DNA of 62,682 nt, the filler included, from Gemmatimonadota bacterium (GTDB lineage Bacteria; 4572-55; J002), in assembly GCA_003697105.1 (NCBI GenBank). It is 5 parts of 5 records of this genome, joined end to end, with 100 filler letters (N's around TTAATTAATTAA, not from the genome) between each part and the next. Parts side by side here need not be neighbours in the genome. Positions count along the whole stretch, not along the records: positions 32,233 to 56,922 come from RFFQ01000010.1; 4 more parts are not named here. One strand, given 5' to 3'. How positions within the stretch are numbered: position 1 is the stretch's first letter; every line of letters starts with the position of its first letter. The translations under genes were made by a program, and so were the position numbers. Shown here piece after piece: positions 32,233 to 40,600 of this stretch. The notes under the pieces were generated by a model. It was given only the letters and a program-made list of their open reading frames with translations, had not been told where the DNA came from and did not search any database.

Positions 32233-32342
32233 GGGCTAGAAGGAAAAAGCAAAGAACCACCACCAATTGTCGATCAAGACTTTAGAAAAAGGCATCTGGC
32301 ACTTGTGACGGTCTAAAATTCTCACAGGTCAGGTGATAGAAC

Positions 32343-32568
32343 ACAGTAAACCCCTGTGGATTCCAGCGCGACACTGTCCACACAGCACGCTTCCAACCAA
32401 TCTGCCAACTCATGCAAATCACCGGTGAATGTCTCGAAAACCCGAACCGGGTCATCAGACAGATGAGGCGCTACCGCCACCCACATCAATACCCGCAGAA
32501 TTCGGGTGGGCAATCTCAAGACTTTCAAATTGAACCGGTTGCTTCTTATTTTTAGGTTGACGCTTCAT
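32343..32568 (-). pseudogene. IS110-family transposase/recombinase remnant (N-terminal DEDD domain; frameshifted and truncated)
   Basis: ATG 32568 after GGAG: MKRQP...AHPNSAGIDVG, then in another frame WVAVAPHLSDDPVRVFETFTGDLHELADWLEACCVDSVALESTGVY. GID and ESTG.Y motifs are typical of DEDD_Tnp_IS110; similarity ends at ~32343. Confidence 0.85.
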
Positions 32569-32698
32569 AAGTCTATCTCCTATCCAAACCGTGATAAAAT
32601 ACAGTGAGTTCAATAGAAGATAGGACATCACATGTGCAACGACAAGTTTCATCGGTCAACGAAATGACCGAACATAGGGACAATGATTAGGTCGATCG

Positions 32699-32830
32699 GA
32701 TCGATCTAATTCTGCGAATTAAAAAGTGTTTAGATCGATCAAAGATCGATCTATCGTCCGTGAATGAAAAAGGTTTAGATCGATCAAAAAAACCGCGATT
32801 TAATCGATAAATAAATCGAATATCGCGGTT
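32699..32830. repeat. Two tandem 45-bp units, each with 10-bp inverted termini GATCGATCTA/TAGATCGATC, plus a third hairpin AACCGCGAT...ATCGCGGTT
   Basis: Units at 32699-32743 and 32744-32788; third hairpin at 32791-32830; all read directly from the sequence. Confidence 0.85.
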
Positions 32831-33057
32831 CATATCTAAAATCCCCGTTTCCGGTGAAAGAATAGCTGAATAGTACTCTTTTTTAGAAAATACACGGATG
32901 GGGTTAAAAGATCAAGTGTAAAAATGGGTTATTTTAGCACACTTAAAAATAGTTTCGGACGTGCCCGCCTAACGATGTTGATAACCGTATTCAAAAAAGT
33001 TTCAACGATCACTGATTTTTATTGACCAGCGGGAAGTAAAGTGCAATACCGGCGGTA

Positions 33058-33912
33058 TTAAAAATCCTCTGGAAGCGTGATCCGGTACGCTGCGGCGTGT
33101 TCATAAAACGATTGGTACTGCTCGCGGTTAAATTGGTGTGCCGCCTGAATCGAATTCCGCAGAGTGCCTTCATAATAGCGCCGCCAGAGCAATACAACAA
33201 TAGCGCCAGCTTCCCCATACCGCTCTCCGCGAAGGGCATCGACCGTATAATAAGCACAGACCCCATTCAACAGCAAGGCAAGCAGCCCTTTTTGCCTTTT
33301 TCCAGCATATATCAAACCCAATCCCGGTACGACCGCAGATAGAAATCCTGCCACCTCCGGTGACTTTTGCGGCAGGGTTTCCCCATGTAAACTAAGGGAA
33401 GACAGAGCATCACACCGCAGACGAACATCCTCAGAGTGCGCCTGTTGACCCGCCTGCTCAAACCAACATTGTGCCTCCCGCCATTTTCTCAACTGCAGAT
33501 ACGCCCAGCCCATCAAATATGCCCAATGGGGATGATTCTCCTCACATTGGCGTAACGCCCTCAAGCCTAATTTCGGTTGATCTGCCCTCAAATAAACATC
33601 GGCGACCATCAAGCCGGCGGCACGCTGCAATGCCGGCGTCGCTAACGAATCCTGCTCGATTTGTTCAAAATGATAAGCGGATTGCTTCCAAAACTGCCCC
33701 TGATAATACGCCCATCCCAATCGATAATGGATCGAATCCCGCAAACTAGGTGAAACGCCGCCGGATAACAACCGTTGGTACTCCGTCACCGCCCGGTAAT
33801 AATCATGCTGGTGATACAGATGATCGGCAAACCCAAGGTCACTCATGGGTTGGGCAAAAAGGTCTGAACCGGTGAAAAGAAGTACCCATAACCCACAGAC
33901 ACACCATCTCAT
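33058..33912 (-). CDS. Secreted TPR protein with C-terminal SPxxAxxLSxxxPG (TM2/DUF5683-like) membrane module
   Basis: Signal peptide; FADHLY..DYYRAVTEYQR; KSPEVAGFLSAVVPGLGLIYAG. Confidence 0.75.
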   Translation of the reverse strand: MRWCVCGLWVLLFTGSDLFAQPMSDLGFADHLYHQHDYYRAVTEYQRLLSGGVSPSLRDSIHYRLGWAYYQGQFWKQSAYHFEQIEQDSLATPALQRAAGLMVADVYLRADQPKLGLRALRQCEENHPHWAYLMGWAYLQLRKWREAQCWFEQAGQQAHSEDVRLRCDALSSLSLHGETLPQKSPEVAGFLSAVVPGLGLIYAGKRQKGLLALLLNGVCAYYTVDALRGERYGEAGAIVVLLWRRYYEGTLRNSIQAAHQFNREQYQSFYEHAAAYRITLPEDF

Positions 33913-34769
33913 TCAACAATACCTTTCACCTGAGAACGTGCATTGACTTCCAGCTCGATATGACGAAAGTGGTGGACTTGAACACGGTGGTTGAATTGCA
34001 ACGCGGCGGCAATCGCCCCGTAAATATTCCCCAGATAAAAAACACCGCCACCCAGACCAAAAACCGCCAATCGGACAGTATGATCGTCTTCGTGCGCTTG
34101 GTATGTTGCCCACGCGGCGGCGGAAATCAGTAAAAAAGAGAAACCCCCATCCTGCCAACGTCCGGCGTAAGTTTGCCCCATCCCGGGAAGTAACGCCGAC
34201 AGCAATCCCGCGACCACCGGTGACCGCCGGGGAAGCCGCAACCCATCTGCCGCCAGACGGGTTAAAACCGGAGATACTGGCATAAATTCCTGCCGTGCCT
34301 GCTCCCAATCATATTGCCGGGCAGCAACCAACCCTTTTAAAAGATGCCCTTCTTGCCAGCATGTATCTGCCGGGGCACAATAGGCGAATAACTGATCGGC
34401 TAATTCACCACTGCGGGAATAATCACCCTGCCGGTACGCAACCACAATTGACGACAAGTAGGCTTTCCGCTGCCAATAGCGTGCGGAATCCGCCTGTAGC
34501 AACGGGGCATAACTCTGCAAGGCAAACTGCCATTTCCCTTGTGCCTGATACGCCTGCCCAATCCGAAATTGGGTCGCCAGTTGTAAGGAATCTGCCGGAA
34601 AAAAATACAAATACCGCTTGTATTCTGATATCGCTCGGAAATGATCCCCCTGCCGGTAGAGTTCATCCGCAAATTTCAATATATCGGGAGCATGAGGTTG
34701 GGCAGTTACGACATTCCCACTCAATACGATCCATACAATCCAGCCGGTCAGCTTGATCAATCTACGCAT
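33909..34769 (-). CDS. Secreted TPR protein, paralog of the downstream gene
   Basis: FADELY..DHFRAISEYKR; RSPVVAGLLSALLPGMGQTYAG; ATGA overlap with the next gene. Confidence 0.75.
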   Translation of the reverse strand: MRRLIKLTGWIVWIVLSGNVVTAQPHAPDILKFADELYRQGDHFRAISEYKRYLYFFPADSLQLATQFRIGQAYQAQGKWQFALQSYAPLLQADSARYWQRKAYLSSIVVAYRQGDYSRSGELADQLFAYCAPADTCWQEGHLLKGLVAARQYDWEQARQEFMPVSPVLTRLAADGLRLPRRSPVVAGLLSALLPGMGQTYAGRWQDGGFSFLLISAAAWATYQAHEDDHTVRLAVFGLGGGVFYLGNIYGAIAAALQFNHRVQVHHFRHIELEVNARSQVKGIVE

Positions 34770-34883
34770 ATTGACATTCTACTCTGCAAAGTCGGGTGCT
34801 TTGCCTGCCCCACCTTCGCAACAAAAAACCGGACGAAATAATCGCCCGGCAACACGATAATCGCCCACAAGCACAAGCGATGA

Positions 34884-36827
34884 TTATGAAAGGTACTCAT
34901 TTAACAATTGGTTCACCACAGCACCTGCAATTTTCCCCCGGCACTGTTTCATCACATTCCCCATAATGAAATGGTGTTTTGCCGCCGGACTGGTGTAGGG
35001 ACGTTCAACCGCAAGTTCCTGTTGAAGGAGGTCTTTCACGGTTGCTTCGTCAATTGAAGGCAACAGAAAGGCGTGAATTTGGGTTGCTAGATCAACAGTC
35101 CCATCACTTTTGAGGAATGTTTCTAATAACGTTTCCGCCGCTTCCACCAATGGCGGGTGGGTGTTCGCATGGGTAAACAGGGTCTGCCAGACGGCTTCGG
35201 TTAAACGGGAGGTATCCAGCCCTTCGCGGCGCCAGGCCACCGTTTTTTCAAACATCAAGCGGGCAATTCGCACTGGAGAGAGGCGGTTAAATGTCTTGAC
35301 CAAAGATTCAAATAATTCTGCCTGCATCGAAGAAGCAATTGGTACTAACAGATGTTCCGGCACTCCCCATTCGCGGTAGCGGTCTTCCCGCACCCACATT
35401 TGCTCCGGCACATCTTCAGCGAGGTTTTCAATGCGCTGGGGGGTAATCTCCAATGGCGGGAGGTCGGTATCGGGGTACATCCGCTCGGGACCCGGCAGAA
35501 TACGCTCAAAGCCGTTTGTACCATCGTCAAGGGCTTGGCGCGTTTCACTGGGGACAGGACAATCCAATGTTGCTTCGCGGGCACGGATAGCAATCTCATC
35601 AATGGCAGTTTTCACATCTTGAGAGCTACCCCAGACCAAGATTAATGCGTCATTAGCTTGTGCCCGAACCGCTTTGCGAATCCGGTTCCAGACCACATTG
35701 CCGATGGTGACTTCCGTACTTTCCGAGGTCAAGATGTTGGGCTGGCGGGTCAGGCAAGCAATCACCCGCACCCGGTCGGAAATTTCCTTGGAAAAGACCG
35801 TTCCGGTTTGGGTCGGGTAGCTCAGAATGCCCAAAAAGCCCTTTAAGTTGACACATGCCACCATCTCTTGCCGCTTATGAATTGCCCGTTGGATCGGTTC
35901 CCAGGTTGTGTGCATCAGGTAGGAGGTCACATCCACCCATTCATATTGAAAGGTGTCCGGGGTGATGCCGCGCCGGCGCAATTCATCCCGAATTTTCAGC
36001 AAGGAATATTGTCGTTGGGCTTCATGGTAGATCAAGCGAGGAATGAGTTTGATGCGGTGGACACCTTTGATTTCGATCCGGGTACCCCCAGCGATACTCA
36101 CATTAACATCTTCCCGTGCCGCACCTAAACCGGTGCGAACTCTGCCAGTACTGCGGGAAACATACCGGATAATATTGCACACATCCGCAACTTCCTGCGG
36201 AGTACGCATGACTGGCTCCGTAACAACTTCCGTGATCGGCATCCCCAACCGGTCGGTGATGTAAATACGCTCATGTCCGATGTCAGACACTTCCCGGCAG
36301 GAATCTTCCTCCAACCCCAACTGCACCAAACCGATCTTACGCCCTTTGTAAGGTAACCAGCCATCAATCCCGACAATTGTCGTCCGTTGAAAGCCGGTGG
36401 GAATACTCCCATCCAGATATTGCTTGCGGGCAATATGAATCTCGCTCACGAGCTTATAGTTCATCACCATCGCCAGTTGTAAGGCAATATCAAGCGCTTG
36501 TTGGTTGATTTCAAAGGGGGGTGTATCATCCATCTCATAGGTACAAACACTTTGATGATTGATGCGGTAGATAATTTCTTTGCGAGTTTTGAATTCCATC
36601 AGCGCCGTTCCATCGTACTCGCCCAATTCCGAAAGGGTTGGGCGCATGTGGCGCAAAATCTCGGCATCGTATTCTTTGGTGTTGTATAACCCGGCGGGAC
36701 AGCGGCAGAATAGTTTGCGGTCGGTTAATAGCTGTTGGTGTACTTCCAACCCGGAACGTAGCCCGATTTCGGCATAATCTTCCGGCGTCATCTCTTCAAA
36801 AGGCTTCAAAAGTCCAGATAACGTCAT
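34884..36827 (-). CDS. gatE: Glutamyl-tRNA(Gln) amidotransferase subunit E (archaeal-type)
   Basis: GLEVHQQL..KLFCRCP, RPTLSELGEYD, CTYEMDDTPP, DGSIPTGFQRT, LEEDSCR, DRLGMP..EVVT, REDVNVSI..G.RIEIKGV, a central insertion domain, SETR, RILPGPERMYPDTDLPP and C-terminal MGNVMKQCRGK. These match GatE rather than GatB. Confidence 0.88.
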   Translation of the reverse strand: MTLSGLLKPFEEMTPEDYAEIGLRSGLEVHQQLLTDRKLFCRCPAGLYNTKEYDAEILRHMRPTLSELGEYDGTALMEFKTRKEIIYRINHQSVCTYEMDDTPPFEINQQALDIALQLAMVMNYKLVSEIHIARKQYLDGSIPTGFQRTTIVGIDGWLPYKGRKIGLVQLGLEEDSCREVSDIGHERIYITDRLGMPITEVVTEPVMRTPQEVADVCNIIRYVSRSTGRVRTGLGAAREDVNVSIAGGTRIEIKGVHRIKLIPRLIYHEAQRQYSLLKIRDELRRRGITPDTFQYEWVDVTSYLMHTTWEPIQRAIHKRQEMVACVNLKGFLGILSYPTQTGTVFSKEISDRVRVIACLTRQPNILTSESTEVTIGNVVWNRIRKAVRAQANDALILVWGSSQDVKTAIDEIAIRAREATLDCPVPSETRQALDDGTNGFERILPGPERMYPDTDLPPLEITPQRIENLAEDVPEQMWVREDRYREWGVPEHLLVPIASSMQAELFESLVKTFNRLSPVRIARLMFEKTVAWRREGLDTSRLTEAVWQTLFTHANTHPPLVEAAETLLETFLKSDGTVDLATQIHAFLLPSIDEATVKDLLQQELAVERPYTSPAAKHHFIMGNVMKQCRGKIAGAVVNQLLNEYLS

Positions 36828-36908
36828 AGCGTCAATCCTCAGTTTCTAAGGGATGAAATAAAAGAGATCAAATGAATAGGGTATATATACGCTCTATTGC
36901 GAGATCAC

Positions 36909-37679
36909 TCAATGAATTTTTTCAGTCACCGAAGGATGCGAAAAGAATTGTGAAAGTTGGTCTTTGATCTGGCGTTCCATCTCATGAAAATAGCGATCAT
37001 GAAAGGAATAAACCGTCACTTCAAACTCCACCACATCCGCCGTTTGTCGGACGGACTTGAGACGTGGCTCCCGTTTTAAGGATGCCGCCGGAAAGTTCAG
37101 GATAATCTCCCGTAACCAACTCAAAAATTCGGGATTCACCTGAGACGCCGGTACTTGCAGTTGGAACACATATGTCTTTTCCGTCTCGATGGGGCTTGTT
37201 TTTTTGATAACCCCTTGGGAAATAGTGCTATAGGGGATTTTCACCCGCTCCCCATCGTGGGTTTCGATTTCGAGGATGCGAAATCCCAACGTCCGAATAT
37301 ACCCCTGATAGGTATCCCATTCAAGCCAATCACCTACTTGATACACATCCTCGGATTTTAAGATGATCCCAGCGGCAATATCCCGGATAGCAAACCAGAC
37401 CGAGCCAATCCCCACAGCAACCATGACCCCCAACAGCAGATACGCCAATTGCGGGCTTTCCCGAAAAAGAGATTTGAGCATCTGAAAACTAAAAATAAGC
37501 CAAACCAGCATTTCGACGACGAGAAACCCTTGTCCCAACCGCAACCGGTACGGTTTTTTGAGGTCTGCCCGGTGGAGAACGGTTTGCAAAAGCCGGAAAC
37601 TGATAAACAAAATCACGCCCAGCAGCAGAAATTCGACCAATAGAAATTCCGATATGTTGAAATGCCATGACGGATTCAT
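36909..37679 (-). CDS. Small MscS-family mechanosensitive channel protein
   Basis: Three TM helices, then RDIAAGIIL...YQVGDWL...GYIRTLGFR...VKIPYS (MscS beta domain). Confidence 0.8.
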   Translation of the reverse strand: MNPSWHFNISEFLLVEFLLLGVILFISFRLLQTVLHRADLKKPYRLRLGQGFLVVEMLVWLIFSFQMLKSLFRESPQLAYLLLGVMVAVGIGSVWFAIRDIAAGIILKSEDVYQVGDWLEWDTYQGYIRTLGFRILEIETHDGERVKIPYSTISQGVIKKTSPIETEKTYVFQLQVPASQVNPEFLSWLREIILNFPAASLKREPRLKSVRQTADVVEFEVTVYSFHDRYFHEMERQIKDQLSQFFSHPSVTEKIH

Positions 37680-40600
37680 AGGACTTCCATCTCCTTTAAT
37701 TTGCGCACCAGATACGGATGGAGAAACGGATTAATTTCTAAAATATGATACGTATTTTCCGTGACAATCCCCATCCGTTTGAGGGTTGTGAGGTCTTGCT
37801 TCCAACGTTCGGGGGGACGGCGTAAAATACGAGCCAGCCGGGCACGTGTCAATTTTTTGTGCAAAATAAACTGAATCAGGATCAGAATCCAATCTGGTTC
37901 AAGCAAATTCAAGGGTTTTAGGTCTGGGGTCACCGGTTTACGGATAATCAAGGTTTCATTTTGGATCTCCTGAATATTGGCTATCCACGCTTGAAGCGCC
38001 ACACCCGGATTACCGCGGGAATATTTGAAATACTCCGTAAACAAGCGGGCTTGTTTCCATTCTGCCAAATGTTTCTCGTCGTGCCCATCCAATTGGAAAG
38101 TCAATCCGGTGGAACGGTGTCGCCGTAAAATTAAATCCTTCAATTGTTCCGCATCAAACGGGGGGCAAGAGATTACTTCCAGCATGAGATGGTCTAAGTT
38201 ACGTAACGCATTGATAAAATTGTAGCTATAATGATTCAAATTGAGGATAAAAAAGTATTTATCCCCATAATCCGTCATCAATTGTAAAATACGATTAACG
38301 ACAACCATGCCGCCGGCACTACGCTCCCACCACATATCCAAATCATTGAAAACAAAAACACTATGAGCCGGTAAGGTATTAAAAATATCGCTATAGGGCA
38401 ATTCGGACGCCACGGCATGTTGAACGGTTGTTTCAAACACGGCCAACTCAATTGACCCACCTTGTGGCGGGTCAATGCGATAAACCCGCCGCGTATCAAA
38501 ACATTGATGCGCAATGAAAAGCGAAAGTGCCGTTTTCCCGGAATACCGCTCCCCAATGATGGCTAAGCCTCCGGCAATACCGCTCCGAAAGCGGCGTACT
38601 GCCTGCTCTGCGCGGGCGATCTCAGCCGTAGCACCGATCCAAAACTCCGTACTAATCGTAGGTTTACCGATGAACAACTGTTTATAGTAAAAGGGCAATG
38701 CCGCCAGAATCCGTTTTGGTGGCGAAATGGTATCGACCAGCGCCAACATGCTTTCCACCTTCCCCCCGGCGGTTTCAAGGGGTGAAGTACCCCTTGTGCG
38801 GGATAAGTTGCGGCTCTGATGGTACCACAATTTCACCAGTACCTCCCGTCCAAAACGATACAACTGCTCCAACTGTTCCTGAAATTTGGAGGGCACCGCT
38901 TGGTCCACTTGATGCTGCATATACTGCCCCCAAACACCGGTGGAATGGGTGATAAAGTACAAATTAATCTTTTCAAAGGTCTGTTTTAGATGGCGTTGGG
39001 TGGCTTCATTCAGGATGTTCAAGATTTTTTCGATTTGCTCTCGTTCGCTTTGGATAATCCGTATCCCATCGGTGATTTTTTGGACGGTCGCCTCGTAGAC
39101 GGTCTCCAGATCAATCTCTAAATCGCTGAGATGGAGCGAGACCATGCGGAGTACATCACTGGTGGTGCCTAAGGCTTTGCTCAGTTTGAGCGGCAATTCC
39201 GCCATCACGGCTTGTAAAGGGCGCACAAATTCAGTCGCAATCAGATAATCCACCAGCCGCCGGAGGGATATTGTCAACACCTCAATGCGATCAAACTGGC
39301 GGTTTTCAATCATGTTGAGGGATTCCCCACTCATCACCTCAACCGTTTCCGGCAGTTCACCGGTAACCTCTTGAATTTCAGCGACAAGTTTGTCCATTGC
39401 CTCTTGGATATCAAAATCAACTCGTAGTTCTGGCATAACCGGCAGGGTATAGTCTGTTTTTTCCTGAAGATGGGTGCGCAGTTGCTCCAAGTCCGCCGTT
39501 AATTCTTGGAAGTTTTCACTGATATTTTTCTGCACACTCTGATTCAACTCGGACATCATTTTTTGCACCAGCATCCGCATCCGGCTCTGCAAAGAGGCTA
39601 ACACAAGGTCAGTCAACAGAACATTCAGTACCAAATACTGATTTTTCAACCATAGACTTGGGACATTCAAAATTTGATCCCGTAATGCTTGTGCAGACTT
39701 CGGAACTCTGCGCTGGCGCCGGATAAATTGGTTGACATCGATCCGGTCGGCATCCTGAATCAGCCGTTGCAGGATGTGCCGGCTCTCTCGTAGCAAGGTA
39801 TGGCGGCAAGTATTAAATTTCTCCTGATGACTTGCCGTGGTCTGCGCCGTAAGGGTCTTCAATTTTTCGCGTTCGGCGGCGATAACTTCCGGCGAAAACT
39901 CATCTGTTTGGAGGTGCCGGTCTAAAACGGATAAACTGGACTTTGCCTGTTCTAACAATCGCTGCACCTGATACAGATTTTGGTAGCTATCCACCCCAAA
40001 TTCTTGCAATATCTGGTAAAAAAGGTGGCGTCCTTTGGTTTCTACATAAAAAATTTTAAGGTCACGTAACCGTACATCCTGCGTGATCACTTTTGCGGGA
40101 TTTAGACGTGCTTTCTGCCACTTAAAAAGCTTCAGGCGAAGTGAATCTTCCGGCTGGATGGCAAACCGCTCGAGTTCATAGCCAACATTCAAGGTTTCTG
40201 GGGTGCGGTATGCCAGCTCGGTCATTTGTGAAAAAATCCACGTGATCCCCGCCTCCGCCATCTCCTTTTGGTCGGGCAAGTAATCTGTTTTAAACTCTGT
40301 GAGAATCCGGCGAGCTTGAAACAAGAAATTATTCCGAATTTTGGGGATCACCTTCTGTTGCCGTAAACGCTCCGTGGTGGAAACCTGCTTTTCCAGATCG
40401 GTAAATGTGCGCTGGATCAACTGGTTGATGGTGCCAATCAACTGTTGGTCTGCTCCGTACATCTCTTTCAAGTAGCAGTCGATGTAATCCCGCAGGAGGT
40501 CTTCCAACTGTTGGGCTAACTGCCGTAATGCTCGTTCCAGCGCATCATTTTGGGGAAAGATCAGTGCCGGCAGTTGAAATTCGGTAATAGGGGTGGTGTC

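Noticed and set aside
32699-32788. Mini CRISPR array
   Set aside because: There are only two units, the variable parts are 22 nt and resemble each other, and no cas genes are present.
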